64,000 nucleotides of DNA from Phaeosaccion multiseriatum (GCA_965112735.1 OZ218962.1:62001-126000), one strand, 5' to 3'. Shown: positions 12,764 to 27,500, counted from the stretch's first letter. The notes: a model not told the origin generated them from the sequence alone. Numbers and translations are program-made.

Positions 12764-15700
12764 ACGGGATGGGGTGTATGAAGGACGCACGAGGGCAGCG
12801 GGGCGGGGGGTGTCACACCTCTCCCTCCTCCCTCCTCTCTCTCTTCTCCTCCCTCCCCGTGTGTCTCTGTTCATTCATACATTCCACGCAACCGTTCCAC
12901 AGGCTCTCTTCCTCCTCCGCCTGCTTCCCTCTGCTCACCGTGAGGGACGTGACGGTGACGCTGACCCCTGCGTGACTCAAGGCGTGACCGAGGCGGAGGG
13001 GGATGGATTCGAGCACGGAGGTCTGCGAGTACGCGTTGACGATGACGAAGGCGTCGTCCACCCCCAGCCCGAGCAGGATGAAGGGCAGCAGAGTGTGCAG
13101 CGGCGTGTAGAAGAAGCCCAGGGCGGAGCCCATGCCAATGGACCTGAGGGAGGATGGCAGCATTGCGATGGCAGTCAATGGAGTCAACGAAGGTCAGTCA
13201 CAGAGGGCACAGAGCTTCGCTTCGCTGTGCATTCCGGGGAACGAGAAAGGGCAACGGGAGGCAGGGCAGAAGGGGGGGGGGTCGCCAGAGAAAGGCGCCC
13301 GTCCTCTGCCTCTCTGCCGGCCTCTCCCTTGTGGGCATCGTTGCCCCTCTTGCTATCTCCCTCACTGACTTACTCACTGCCACACTCACTAACTCACCAG
13401 CCGATACTGAGCCCCACGACGAGGACGGCGCTGAAGGCAACATTGAACCTGCTGCGCAGGAGAGGCAGACCTGTCCGTCCCAATATGTGTGTGTGTGTGT
13501 GTGTGTGTGTGTCACAGTTCCAGGCACAGGCACAGTCACGAAGGTTACTTGCAGCTTCAGCACTTCCGGAGAGTCATCCCCTCCTGCCATCCCCTGCCAT
13601 CCCCTGCCATCCCCCTGCTGGCCCCATGCCAGCATCCACCCGAGAGCCCACCCACCCATTGACTTACTCGAGAGCCCATCCACCCTCTATCTTACCAATT
13701 GCCTTATAACCCACCCATTGACTTACCCGATAGCTGATAGACCATGTAGAGGATGATGAGCAGGTAGCTCAGACTCACAAGCGTGAGGTCCCCCTGGATG
13801 GCATCTCCGAAGGCGTCCTCGAGGCTGCGGGCCGCTTGGATGTCGCATCGCAGCCCCTCGGGACACTCCGCCTGGAGGGGATGGTACCAGACGGACAGAG
13901 TGAGCGGCACGCACACGCACACATAGAGAGGGGCATTGCAAGAAAGGGGCGCTGTTGTCCACGTCAGTCTCTCTGTCCTGGCACCCCTCTCTGTCCTGAC
14001 ACCTCTCTCTGTCCTGACACCTCTCTCTCTGTCCTGACACCCCTCTCTGTCCTGACACCCCTCTCTGTCCTGGCACCCCTCTCTTTCCTGACACCTCTCT
14101 CTGTCCTGACATCTCTCTCTGTCCTGACACCTCTCTCTGTCCTGGCGCCCCTCTCTGTCCTGACACCTCGGACTGCCCTGCCGTGCCCTGCCTGCCACAC
14201 ACGGACCTGCAGGTAGTCGATGAATTGGTCCTCCCATTCCTCGGAATTGAGGTCCTCCTCGCCGTCCCGCTTCCCAGTCTCCTGCCATCCGTCAAACAGT
14301 GCCATCCAGGCGGGGGTCGGGGGTGATGTGAGCCTTACATGAGAAAGCTCAAGGTCAAGCTCAAAAGTGGTGCATACGCTGAATAGCGCCTGCTCACTCA
14401 CTGAGCATATTCATAGATCACACCTCGCACGGCCGGGTCCGGGCTCCATCTGCCCTGGCCCTAAAGAGCTGGCCATTCACGGCTCCACCCACAGATGGCG
14501 ACTCACCTGGTTGTTCTCGAGTTGGAAGAAGAGCCTCAGGGCCCCCGCGGAGGCAACACTTCCGTCTGAGTTGCGCGTCACATCGCCAAGAAAAGACTCC
14601 AGCTCCTCATCAGTGACTGACGCACACACACACACACACACACACACATCCCGTGGGACAGGCCAGGTCAAAGGGCGCAATCTCAAGAGGGAGGGACAAG
14701 GTTAGAGCCCCTGCCGAGGCTGTGCCCACCCTGCCTGGGCCCCACCAGTTGGTGCCTCACTACTGCTGACTCACATCTGTCATTGACGGTCCCCAGGGGA
14801 TCGGAGTCAGCCTCGAGGGTGGGCAGATCAAAGTTCCACGCGCTCAGCACGCTGGACACGAAGCAGTCGAACCTGAGCAGAGCGGGGATGGCAATGGATG
14901 GCAGCGGAAGGAAGTGGGGGGGGGGTGGGTGGGTGGACAGGCCGTAGTCCTGACATCGCTGTTCTCTGGGCCCCTCGAGAGCTCTCTCTGCAGCCGTTGC
15001 TTTGCCTACGCGCTCCCCTCTCCTGGGCTCCACTCGCCCTTCTCGCTCTCTCCCACCGACCACCACTACTCACTTCTCCCTGCCTCGCTCACTGATTCAC
15101 ACGTCTGTCCCCTCCCTCCCGCCCTTACCCTTCGTTGAAGTCCTTGACGCACAGATCCTCGAGCATAAGCGTCCCTGTTGAGTGGAACCAAAATCAGAGC
15201 AGAGGCATACGGGCAGAACAAACACAAATCAGATGGGGTCTCAGCCGCGCTGCACTCCCATTAAACACTTCCCTAACCACCTAAGCTGCACACCCACACC
15301 CACGCACGCACACACACCCCAGCCCGGCCCGGCCCCAGCCCTACACCCCCCCATGTGTGCACGGGAAGAGCTTTCGCCGCACTGACCTCTCCCGTCGAAT
15401 TGGTCCTGTATCTCGAGCTGCGTTATGGCAACGAAGGCTCCCATTACGGCCTCCAGAGTGCCCGCAGACAGCATGGCGGCTCCCTCCTGGGGCTGCGAGG
15501 CAGAGAAGATGGCTTTCTCGGAACGGGCCTCTCGGCGCGGGAAGTAGGCGTCGTACTTGTTCTGGGGAGCAGGGAGGAGCACAGAGAGAACATGAGAGGA
15601 GCACTTCAGTCTCTCAAGAGCATGGCCAGGGGGAAGCCTCAGGCCAACCAAAGCACGTGCTCTTCTTTCAGGCCGCTCGCACACAAGCCACCCGCACTGC

Positions 15701-16053
15701 CGCACACACGCACGCACTCACTCACTGACCAGGTCTGAAATGCTCTCCGTGCCGGAGGGGGCCCACAGCTTTTCGGGCCGCAACTCCTCCTGAAACACTG
15801 CGAAGCCCGAGAAGCCAATCAGCACGAACACCAAGCAGCCCAGCATCATGGTCTTGGGCCGCGAGCCCGCCAAAAAGCCCAGGCGGAAGAAGAACTTTTG
15901 CATCGCGGACTCCACGATCGTCCCGAACTTCTCCAGGCATGTGGTTTTGTGGGCATCGTTACGTGCAGTCGGATCTCCCATCTTGTCGCTGTGTTTGGGA
16001 GGGGGGGCTACAGTGCCGCCCGCAGACGCGTCCGTCACCGATGTTTCACCCAT
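8289..16053 (-). CDS. Patched-related / sterol-sensing-domain (NPC1/PTCHD-like) multipass membrane protein, many exons
   Basis: Exons read FFFRLGFLAGSRPKTMMLGCLVFVL...PEKLWAPSGT, ARSLEDAFGDAIQGDLTLVSLSYLL, LPFILLGLGVDDAFVIV, HAGVSVTVTSLTDFVAF, NLVLAIGLSVDYS, AHVGHSF, LGDIG, VLNGGISTFLAV and GLGHGLIFLPVLLSLVGP. These are typical Patched/RND motifs (GxxxD). Confidence 0.92.
9555..10195. repeat. 23-bp intronic minisatellite (GGCCTATCCTTCCCCTCCCCTCT)n, ~28 copies
   Basis: Directly visible near-perfect tandem repeat inside a Patched-like gene intron. Confidence 0.95.
13965..14168. repeat. ~18-bp intronic minisatellite (CTCTCTGTCCTGACACC-like)
   Basis: About 11 copies in a Patched-like gene intron. 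Confidence 0.85.
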
Positions 16054-16837
16054 GATGGCTGCAGCCAAGTCCTCAGTCTATGAAAGGAGGGAAAGGTGGA
16101 CTTGTATGAGCAGTAGCCAGCTTTATAAAGAAGGGAAGAGAGATGGAGGAGAGGAGAAGAGGGGGGAAAATGACTTTCTCACAAAAAAAGGTTGGACAAA
16201 AGCCGCAAAGTCGATTGTGTGCTGCAATGTAGAAGAGCTCTGGTTGATCACGCGCTTCCCTGCCCCTCCCATCCCCCTCTTCCTCCCTTTACGTACTTTC
16301 TGACTCACCTAGCGAAAGAATCTTCTGGGGGGGGGATTGGCCTTTTTTCCGTCTCTGTCCTCCACCCAACCGCCCGTAAACAACCCGCCCCTCTGGACAC
16401 AATCACCCCTCAGCAGGGGACCTCTCTTGTCCCCAGCAAAGCTTTAAATGACCTCTGAACAACGCCTCTAAACGCGTTTGTGACGTTTGCCAATTTGGGC
16501 GGCCAAAAAAAGAACCGGGAAATGTCGGGAACGGTTTGGCTTGGGGCCCTTTAGTAGTAAGTCAGCAAATTGCTTCGCCCCCCCATCCGATTATCCCCAT
16601 CCCCCACCCCTTTTCTCTCCTCCTTCTCTCCCCCGTCTCCTCCTTCTCCTCCTTCCCCCCGTCTCTCCTCTCTCCTCTCCCTATCCCCCTTCGCTGTCCC
16701 TCTCGCTCTACCGATCCTTCTCTGTCCCTGTCTCCTCCTTCTTCTCCCCCCCCCCTCTCCTGTCTTCTCTCTCTAGCCTTCTTCCCTCTCCCTCTCTCTC
16801 CTACTTGCACCTCCCTCGTCTCCCCTCTCCCTCTCCT

Positions 16838-19800
16838 ATGCGTCTAGCCACGCTGCTGCTGGCGCTCGCGTTAGCAGATTCTTGTCTCGCGCGGACCGTA
16901 TCGAGGAAGTCTCCAGCTTCCCGTCCGGCAGGAACAGGAGCAGGCGGGCCGAGGAAGGACCAGTGTGAGGAGAAGTGGATTGAGCAGCCTGTGAGTCACA
17001 AGAAATCTCCCCTTCCTTCCTCGGCAGCTCTTTCACAGTTGCCCCACGCTGCTGCTGCCCCCCCTCGCCCCAGCTGGATCACTTTGGCCGCTCAGACGAG
17101 GGCACCTTCCGGCAGCGGTATTTTGAGTGCAGTGAGCACCATCGGCCCAGCGGCCCCGTGTTCTTCTACTGCGGCAATGAGGCAAACGTGGAGCTCTACC
17201 TCGAGGCCACAGGTACATTTCTAGGCAGGGCTCGACTCTTTTATGTCCATCATTGTGTCGCTTTCTCGCCTGCCTCGTCTGTCTTGTTGCTGACACTTGA
17301 CACACACTGCCACCCTCACCAGGCCTCATGTGGGAGCAAGCCCCTGTCTTTGGAGCGACTTTGATCTTCGCAGAGCACAGGTACGTCTGCTGTAACTGTG
17401 TGGTGGGAAGGTCTACACACTTTCCTGCGGCGGCTGGTACCGTCTCCAGTGGCTTGTTGCAATGCGAGGCTCATTCCAAGGCCATGAAGGTAGAAGCTTC
17501 TGACCTCTCTTGCCCACACCAGGTACTACGGGGAGTCACTTCCCGAGGAGGGGGGCATGCGCCACCTCAGCACCGAGGCGGCCCTCGCAGATTTCGCCGT
17601 GCTGCTGCGTCGCCTGCAGCAAGGGGGACAGGAGGAGCGGGAGCGTGCCGTCATTGCATTCGGTGGCAGCTATGGGGGCATGCTGGCCGGCTGGATGCGG
17701 AGCAAGTATCCGCACCTAATCAGTGGGGCGGTGGCGGCCTCGGCACCGATCTTCGCCATGCAAGGTGCGCAATGTGCTGTCTGCCTGTCTGCCTGCCTGC
17801 TGCTTGCCTGTCTGCCTGCCTGCCTGCCTACCTGTCTGCCTGCCTGTCTGCCGGCCTGCCTGCCTCTGGCTTGGCTCTCTTGGGTCCGTAAGGGGGGTGA
17901 AGGGGTTGTCGCCATACGGCCTGTAATTGGGCCCCTCTCTCTGCACCGCTGCTGTCCGTTGTCCTGCCCGTTGCCCTGCCCCTTGTCCTGCCCGTTGTCC
18001 TGCCCGTTGTCCTCCCTCTCGGCTCGTCTCGTGGGCTCGTCCCTCTCCTCGTCCCTCAGGCATCTCCGACCCCGTGCCCGAAACAGGTGCCTACGCGCAA
18101 GCGGTCACCGCCGCTGCAGGGCCCCTGTGCGCAGAAACGGTCCGAATGGCCTTTGAAGCATTGTTCCAACAGGGGCATACCCCGGAGGGCAGGGCCCAGG
18201 CGGGGGACAGCTTGCGTCTGTGCGAGCCGCCCCACAGTGAGGAGGAGGTGTGGGAGGTGGCGGGCTGGCTGCAGGTGAGGCGCCATTTGTGAACTGCCGT
18301 CCGTAGCCAGAGGCAAGAGCCGCTGCGCTCACTCACGCGCCCCCCCCTGTCCTGACACCTGACACCCTGCCCCTTCATGGCAGGAGGCGTGGAACTTCAT
18401 GGCTATGGGAAACTTCCCGTATGCCTCTGACTACATCCTCAACGGGGCGGGCGTGCTGCCTGCATGGCCGGTGCAGAGGGCATGCTCACACGCAACAGAG
18501 GCCCTGCGTTCTGCCCAGAAGGGGCGAAGGGATGACCGAAGTGAAGGCGATGGCCGAAGTGAAGGCCATCAGTCAGCCTCCGACCACCTCGCAGGCAAGC
18601 AAGTGCAAAGGGGGGTCCTGCTTGTGCTTGGGGGGGTGGCATGCGCTGTTGGGGTGTGGTGTGGCGAGGCTCTCCGGCAACGGGGTCTGTATCGTGTTGC
18701 GCTTCGCTCACGCGCCCACTCCCCTCCTTTTCGTGCTCTCTTGTGCCCGTATGCCTTCGTGTGGTGCAGCGCTGTCCGCGGCTGTGAGCGTATACTACAA
18801 CGCGACCGGGGGACTCAGTTGCCTCGACTGGCATCAGCAGGCGAATAATGAAACCGAAAGGGACGGCCGGTTGTGGAACTACCAGGCCTGCACAGAGGTG
18901 GTGAGTTGGCGGGATGGAGGCTTCTATTGGTGAACTCCCATACTATTGGAATTCACAATCTCGAAAAGATGACTTGCAGCGTGGCGGTGTGCTCCTCTCA
19001 AACGGTTGCTTGGAGTGCATTCCACTTGGCAGCCGGGCCCTCTCAGCTCAGCGTGGTCACAGCCCTCTGTCCCATCTATCCATTCACGCCGCCTGCCTGA
19101 CCTTTGCCTGACCGTTGCCTGCGTGACCCCTCCCTTTCCTCCTTAGGTGATGCCCATGGGCACGAACGGCGCATCGGACATGTTCTACGCGCAGCCCTGG
19201 GACGAATCCGCCTTCCAAGCAGAGTGTAAGGAGGCCTTCGACATCGAGGACGGGAACAGGCCTCCGGAGGTGAGGGGGTAGAGTGGGGGGGGGATTGCTC
19301 GTTTGCTGCGCGCACGACTGTAGCACCAACACTAACGCGAGCACTCACTGCGGCTTGGGGCTGGCAATTGACTGTGGCTGTGACCGCACTACCAACTGCC
19401 GTATCACCAACTACTGTACCACCAACTGCTGTTTCGCCGACGCACGCAGGGGTGGGTGACGACACAGTACGGGGGGCGGCTGCTGCAGGGCACGTCAAAT
19501 GTGTTCTTCTCGAATGGAGCCTTGGACCCATGGGCCCCCCTCGGGGTTAGACAGGTTCCCGCCGCGGCGCGGTCGCGAGGGGTGCAGGCTGTTTTGATTG
19601 AGGCCGCCGCGCACCACCTCGACCTCTTCTTCTCACACACCGAAGAGGGGGATGACATTAAGAGGGTCAGGTGCGTCAGGGCAGCCGCAGGGCCGGCAGA
19701 AGGAAGGGCGTGACGGTGTCACTGTGGCAATCACTCAGTCACTCAGTCACTCACTCACTCACTCTCTGACTCAGTCTGCCACTCAGTCAGTCGGTTGAGT

Positions 19801-20152
19801 GGCCTTACTCACCCCCTCTCTCAGTCGCTTCCCTGTCCTGACTCCCTCCCGTCGTGGACCGCGCCTGCTGTATCACCAACTGCTTTCTCCCCTGCGCTGC
19901 TGGACTCTTATCGCATCGTGCAGGGCGATGGAAGTGGAGGCCATGCATCGCTGGATAGCACAGTGGGACGAGGAGCACGAGCAGCAGCAGCAGCAGCAAG
20001 CAGGATGGCAGGATGGCAAGCTGGATGGCAAGCTGGATGGCAAGCTGGATGGCAAGCTGGATGGCAAGCTGGATGGCAAGCTGGATGGCCAGGAGGAGGG
20101 GAAGGAGGAGCCTCCCGTACTCGCCTCCCTGCGTCGAGCAGCTTTGGCTTGA
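16838..20152 (+). CDS. PRCP: Lysosomal Pro-X carboxypeptidase (peptidase S28)
   Basis: Signal peptide, then EKWIEQP|LDHF, PVFFYCGNEA, FAEHR|YYGES, FGGSYGGMLAGWMRSKYPH, AMGNFPY, WNYQACTE, SNVFFSNGALDPW and AAHHLDL (catalytic Ser/Asp/His motifs). Confidence 0.95.
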
Positions 20153-20612
20153 AGTGGGATGGGCAAAGCGACCATGTACATAATAACAGCTTAGGTGTAT
20201 ATTGGGGATGGTTGGCTTTGATTTGTTCCTACAACAAAGAGTGTTCGCTCGTACATATATCTAACATCATCTCCGCCTGGGGAGAGGTGCCTCCACAACG
20301 TCCACGACGTCCACGACGGGGCAGACTCACTCAATGAGAGACCCGAGGGGGCACATTCAGTACGCTGCATTTCCCCTCTCCCGGTTCCGGACGTCGTGGG
20401 TGCGTTGAGCCTCGTAAGGCCGTGAGGAAGCACCACCAAGGAGGCACCAATTATGGAAGGAGAAGGAGGAAACAGAGCCGGGCCGAAAGGCCGCCTGAGG
20501 ACGCCTACCCTATGCTACTCTACGACTCCTCCCCCCGGGCCCTGCCTTCACCGGCCGTTCGGTGCGTGACTTGAGTCGTTTGTTGCATCATTGCTCGACA
20601 GTTGCGGAGGGC

Positions 20613-21066
<454 letters not shown>

Positions 21067-21391
21067 GTTTCTGTGCAGATAGAGAGGTGTTCGACGTTCG
21101 CTGCTGTTCTAGAGGGGTGTTCCGCTACTCTTCTTCCCCGCGGCGGCCCGCCGTCGATGGGCTTTGAGAAGAGACTTTCGACTGAGGGGAACCACTCCAA
21201 CTGATTGTGGTCGGACTGAGTGTGTCGGAGGGGGGGGGGTTGGAGTTTTTTTGATTGGGTCAAGCCAAGGACAAGGTGAGGTTCATCCCTCTGGTGCCAT
21301 CGACCTTGCCTAATAGTAAAAAAAACGGACCAGCCAGCTGCAAATTGTGCAAGTCCTCCCCCACGAGCCAGGGACAGGAGCGTGGGCTCAG
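21067..21391. promoter_or_regulatory. Putative bidirectional promoter, LC8 / ARL6
   Basis: 325 bp between divergent start codons; inferred from geometry only. Confidence 0.5.
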
Positions 21392-22448
21392 ATGGGAATC
21401 TTCAAGAAGCTGCGAGGCGCCCTTGGGCTTCAAAAACGAGACTGCCGCATCCTTGTGGTGGGGCTAGACAACTCGGGCAAAACCACCCTCATCAACCACA
21501 TCAAACCCAAGAAGGTAACGGGGGGAGGATAGGAAGAGACGATGAGATTGGAGACAACTCACTTACCCAGTCTTTAGCAGCGACCCTGGAGGAGGACTTT
21601 CTTCTATTCTAACCCAAAAGCGTATTCTCGCTCTCGCAGGCCTCTACCTTCGAGGTGACCCCCACCGTAGGCTTCCAAGTGGAGGAGTTCGAGAAGAACC
21701 AGCTCAACTTCACCATCTTCGACATGTCCGGGCAGTCCAGATATAGGAGCCTGTGGGAGGTGAGACACGTGAGGTCCTTCCTCTCTCTCTCTCTTTCTCT
21801 CTGTGTGTGTGTGTGTGTGCGTGTGTTTCTTCATCATCCTTCCTTCCGTCGCTCCTCCCTCTCCCTCCGTGTTGTCGGCTTCAATCTCCACCCCTCGCCC
21901 CTCGCAGCACTACTACAAAGACTCGGAGGCCATCATCTTCGTCATTGACAGCACAGATCGGATCCGCATGAGAGTGGCCAAAGAGGAGCTCGATGGTGAG
22001 TGGAGGAAGGAGGGAAGAGAAAAAGGGCAGGAGAAGGAACGGAAGAGGGTAGAAGAGAAAGGAAGGAAGAGAGAAACGAACGAAAACACGAAGAAAGGAA
22101 GAGAGAAAGGGAAAAAAAAAAAGAGGAAGGAAGGACGGAAGAATGGTCGCCTTGCTCCCTCTCCGATGGACCGCCTCAACCCCTTCCCCACTCATGCCAT
22201 CCCGCCGCTCTGGTCACCCAGGTATTATAGACCACCCGGACCTACGCGACGCGCCCCTGCCCATCCTTTTCTTCGCCAACAAGACGGACCTGCCCGCCTC
22301 CCTGTCTGCCGTGGACACTATGGCCGCCATGCAGCTCGACAAGCTCGGGGACAAGGCCTGGCACATCGCGGCCAGCAACGCGCTAACCGGGGAGGGGGTG
22401 GACGAGGGCATGGAGTGGCTCGCGGACAGGCTCGCCAATCACAAATAG
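21392..22448 (+). CDS. ARL6: ADP-ribosylation factor-like GTPase 6 (BBS3)
   Basis: Four exons: [29 protein letters not shown] | [34 protein letters not shown] | [29 protein letters not shown] | [10 protein letters not shown]...[21 protein letters not shown]. The DMSGQ and FFANK signatures are diagnostic of ARL6. Confidence 0.93.
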
Positions 22449-24554
22449 CCACACGCCTGCCTCACTCAGTCACACTCAGTCACACTCAGTCACACTCAGT
22501 CACACTCAGTCACACTCAGTCACACTCACATACTCAAGAGACTCTTCGACACAGGGAGCCGGTCGGTCTTGGGGGAGGAAAGCAACCGCCGTAGTTTCTC
22601 GCAGAGGTGGCGCGAGCTGAGGTCAGGATCCGGGTGTGTGCATCCGATTCGACCGACGGGGTCCGATCTAGAGCAGCAGATAGTGGGGGCGCTAGCAGTA
22701 GCTGCGTCTTGACGCAGCAAATACCAGTGCTCGCAGCCGGAGCCAAGGGACAGCGGCAGCTGACTGACAGACTGACTGACAGACTGACTGACAAATCAAC
22801 AGCGTTACGCCCTGCGAGCGAAGCACGCTCCTCGAGCCAGGCTGTGAGGCAATGACTGCTGGACTGGCTCACCTGCTCAACGCGCACCTGCTCGCTCCTC
22901 TATGCCCATATGACTGCTGCTCTCGCTCCTCCGGTCTCTCCTCTGTGAGTGGCGAACGGGGGTTTTGCTTCCCTTGCTGCGAAGAGGGAAGACTTCAAGG
23001 TGCGCGCGCTGCAAGCCAATGTTCTCGAAGTGTGCTCGTCAGCTTGCTGTGGCGGCTGCCAGAAGCCCTTGCTGTGACGGCCGTGCTGGAGGGACTGAGG
23101 TGCGCGAGCGTCGTGTGTGAGCGAGGCACTCAGCGAGGCATTCATGCCCCCGGAGGTGCGGTTAAGCCAACATGTTTCCAACACGAGGCGGGACGATCCT
23201 CTAACCCGGAGGAGGAGGAGGAGGAGGAGGAGGAGGAGGAGGAGGAGGAGGTAGTGTGTCGAACAAGACTGGGAGGGGCGAATGCTCGAGAGATTTGTCT
23301 CAGAGCGTGTCAACCATGGCTTTCTTTCACGCGGATGGACAGGCACGAGGCAGGCGACCTCTCTGAAGGCTTAGGCTTTCTACCCTTTCCCCTCTTTTAC
23401 GGGCACTTCTCTGTCCTGTCTTCCTCTTGTAAGGGCGGCCCGCCTCGGGGGGGGTGAGACGAGGAAGCACGGAGGATCATCATGTGAATATTCGCGGCAA
23501 TGATACATTTCGCTCGTGTGTATTCATGAGCCATGCTTCCTGTACAACACAGGTTGGTAAAAACATTAATACATATATTTTCATAGAAAGGTGTCGCCCT
23601 GAGGGGGCCACAGCAGACAGCACGCCGCGTGCCAGTTTCAGTGCCAGTTTCAGTGCCAGTTCAGTGCCAGTTTCAGTGCCAGTTTCAAGTGCAAGCAGCA
23701 CCCCACACTCCACACCTTCGCTTGTGCCATGCGCATGTGCCGCCCTCCTCTGCCCTACCTTGCCCTCCCCTGTCCTCCCCTCCCCTGCCCTCCCCTCCCC
23801 CCTCTCCCAGCGGCAAAGCGCAGAGCTTCGCACGAGAGGCGACAGGGCCTGCAGCATGGGTTCATTCTCTGCTGCATGGGCCAAGGCTCTGTTGCACCGG
23901 TCAAGGCTCTCGCCAGCGCAGCAATGACGCCTGCCCGGCCACGCTCTCCCCTCTCCCCGCCCATACAGGTGCGCCCATACAGGTGCGGCTGTGTGCTCTC
24001 CATAGAGCCAAACCCCCACGAAGAGCTCAGAGCCCAGAGCCCAGAGCCCAGAGCCCAGAGTCAGAGTCCTTCTTCCGTCTCTCTCAGCTCTAAGGCGGGG
24101 AGTCATGTCATGGACGCCCCCCTGGAAAGAGCCCTCCTCAATTGGTGTGGTAGTATGCGCGGCTTTCAGCTCTCCAGATAGATAGATAGACCGATCGATA
24201 CATCGCTGATGGCATCGCTGTTAGGCAGAGGGACGGCATGGTGTCCTAGAGCCGCCCCTGACGGACTCTCTCCAGGGCAGCAGCAGTGCGACGCATCCCC
24301 CCGTCTGTCGAGGGCTGCCCGCAGGTACAGCAAGGGGCGGTGGGTGGGCACGTCTGACAGCGAAGGGGCCGTGGGTGGGCATGTCTGACAGCGAAGGGGC
24401 GGAGGGGCGGAGGGGTGGAGGGGCGAAGGGGCGGAATCTTCCCCTATCCGCACGCCTCCCCTCCGGTGTGTGCCTGTCATTGACCTGTGCTCTCGCCGCC
24501 CTCCATCGCTCAATCGCGCGGTCTGCTGACGCTCACATCTCCACCTTCACCCCG

Positions 24555-27500
24555 TCACAGCACGCCCCCCTCCGGTGTCGGTTGGCGGGGATTGCGGGGG
24601 AACAGAAAGTGCTCGTACATGGGGTTTCGGCTGAGGGGAGTAGAGCAATTTCAGGCCACAACGTCGACGAGAGGCGTACAGGGAGCAGGAAGGGCAGGAT
24701 GAGGAGAGGAAATATCGAGGAGGACGGGACAATATCGAGGCCAAAATCGATATTCGCATCACTGTTGCCGTGCCCATAATCCCCCACACTCCCCTCGCTT
24801 CGGTGGCACTCACGTTTCCTCGTAGAAGGTGTAGTTAAGCTCCTTGAGGAAGAGCTTGAACTCGTTGCGGCTGTCCGCGGGGACCTTCGCATGGCAGTAG
24901 ACAGCACGCCACACCGTCGGAAGCAGCGGGGAAACGGGGGGAGGGTCATGGAGAAAGGGGGCGTTAAGGACGCATGAGTAGCGCAGCAGCGAATGCCCGT
25001 TGAAGGGAGGCTGAAACACACATATTTAGGGGTAGGACCACAGCAGGGACACATTTCTCTCTCGCGGAAAGGAGCAAAAGCACTCAAGCGAAGGTGAAAG
25101 TAAAGCCATGAAAAGCAAAATGTAGGGCCGGTAAATTAGGCATCCCTCCAGTGGCGCCGCTCGCCGTTTGCACAGCTCACGACGCCGTCACAGAGCCAAC
25201 TCAAACAGTCCCTCCCCTCCTCTCCAGAGATCGAAGGGGACCTCTGTCGCAGCTCATAGTAAGGGAGGCGGCGATAGTTCGGCTCGACGAGGGTAGGGGC
25301 ACGACGCCAGGAGGCGCCCTCGCTCCCCAAGGGGGGGTTCAGGGCCTCTACTGACGACGGCCACGCACACCCTCTGGCCACACCGATCCCTGTCGCAAAA
25401 GAGCTGCTGCTGTCCCATTACACACCGCACACTCCGCGTCATGCCCGCATGCCTTCCCTTCACAGAAACCAACAACCCAGCCCCTCCATCTGCAACTCAA
25501 ACTGTCTCTCACCTGCATGCCCACGAGCACTCTTCCAAAGTCGCTGCCGTGGTTCCTGTAATGGAAGAGCGTGACGTTGAAGCGTCCGCTCAGGGCGCTC
25601 AGGAAGCGAGACAAGGCCCCCGGCGCCTCCGGAAACTCAAACCTGAGACGGCATCAGCGGCCACAGTCGCAGTAAGCAACCAACAGCAGAGAGTACGATA
25701 GTCACGCAGACATGCTGGGCAGGAAGGACGGAAGAATGAAGAGGGGGAGGGACGCTTCCACTCACGGCCACACCCGACCACCATTCTCACAGCCACACAC
25801 CCTCGTGCCCTCTCTATCCCTCCCTCTCTCTCTCCCTCTCACCGGTACAGAACTTCGTCGCTCCCCACGGACTGCGACCGCCCCCCCACCATGTGCCGCC
25901 CGTGCACCTGCAGAGCGTCCCAGGGAATGACAAGAGAGGAAAGAGAAGGAAGGTCAGGGAATGACAAGAGGAGAGAAAAAAGGTCAGGGAATGAGAAGAG
26001 AGGAGAGAAAAAAGGTCAGGGAATGAGAAGAGAGGAGAGAAGGAAGATCAGGGAATGAGAAGAGGAGAGAAGGAAGGTCAGGGAATGAGAAGAGAGGAGA
26101 GAAGGAAGGTCAGGGAATGAGAAGAGGGAAGAAGGAAGGTCAGGGAATGAGAAGAGAGGAGAGAAGGAAGGTCAGGGAATGAGAAGAGGAGAGAAGGAAG
26201 GTCAGGGAATGACAAGAGGAGAGAAAAAAGGTCAGGGAATGAGAAGAGATGAGAGAAGGAAGATCAGGGAATGAGAAGAGGAGAGAAGGAAGGTCAGGGA
26301 ATGAGAAGAGGAGGCGGAGAAGAGGGAGTGGGCAGGGCCGCGAGTGTGGGACTTTCCATTCTCCCTCACCTTGGCCATCTCATTCTGGCTCAAGTCCATG
26401 ACGCCATAGCCTTGCTGCTGCAGGGCCTTGCAAAGCGCACTGGCGTCGGCCTCTCTCGGGGAGCCCTTCATGGCCTGCAGTGACACCATGATGTTGGCGC
26501 TGGAAGAGTCCTCGTACCTACGGGCCGGGCAGACGCGCACGCACACACAGGAGGTGTGCGGGGAGGCATACAGACATGGTGGGACTACAGACGCTGCCTC
26601 ACACGCTCCCCGGGACGGTCAACCTAACGCATCCGCTCCGCTGCCGCCACTGCCCCTCGGATGGCGCCTCTCTCACCCGCTGCCATCCTCCTCCTCCTCC
26701 TCCTCCTCCTCCTCCTCCTTCCTCCTCCTCCTCCTCCCCCTCCTCCTCCTCCTCCTCCTCCTCCTCCTCCTCCTCCTCCCCCTCCTGCTCCTCCTCCCTC
26801 CTCTTCCTCTCTCACCTGTAAGAGAATTCGGTAACGTTCCTGGGGAAAAGCTGCTCGTACAGCGCGTGGAAGGACCCAGCCCCCTCGGGGATGGTGATGC
26901 TCAGGAGCGTCTCGCTGCTGTCCGCTCGCTCGCTCACGAACCTGACAGTTGGCGGCATACGGGCAGGGGCACCACAGCACGGACAGCACACGTAAGACTA
27001 CGTAAGGCAGAAAGGCAGGCAGAGGGAGGGGGGGAAGTGCGACGGCTTTCGAGCTGGACGTCCCCGGGATTGCACTATCATCTGCTGTACCACCAACTTG
27101 TGAACTACCAACTGCTGCACCAAGTGGCTCACCTGAGCCTGTCGAAGTCCATGTTGGCTCCGCTGGTGATGCACACAGCTGTGTGTCCGATGAGGCCCTT
27201 CTCTGTCAGATACTTGACCGCCCCTGCCACGCCCAGCGCCCCCGCAGGCTCCATCACGCATCTGCAAGGGACATTGATGTGAATTGATATGTGACGCACA
27301 GGGGGTGGGGTGGTTGTGGTGAGGTGGAGATTGCCACGCATCCGGGGGGGGGGGGTTGTGAGCAGGAACAGTGCCATATAGTGCCATCTGCAAAGGGCAA
27401 ATTATCGTACAATGAGCACCACACAGAACATGAGGTGACTGCGATACCTGGAGTACGCAGGGCAAGAGACAGGCACATATCTATGTATCACTCACTCACT

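Noticed and set aside
22450-24550. ORFs of 150-200 aa between ARL6 and ilvA
   Set aside because: No recognisable motifs or consistent exon chain; probably UTR or intergenic sequence with simple repeats.
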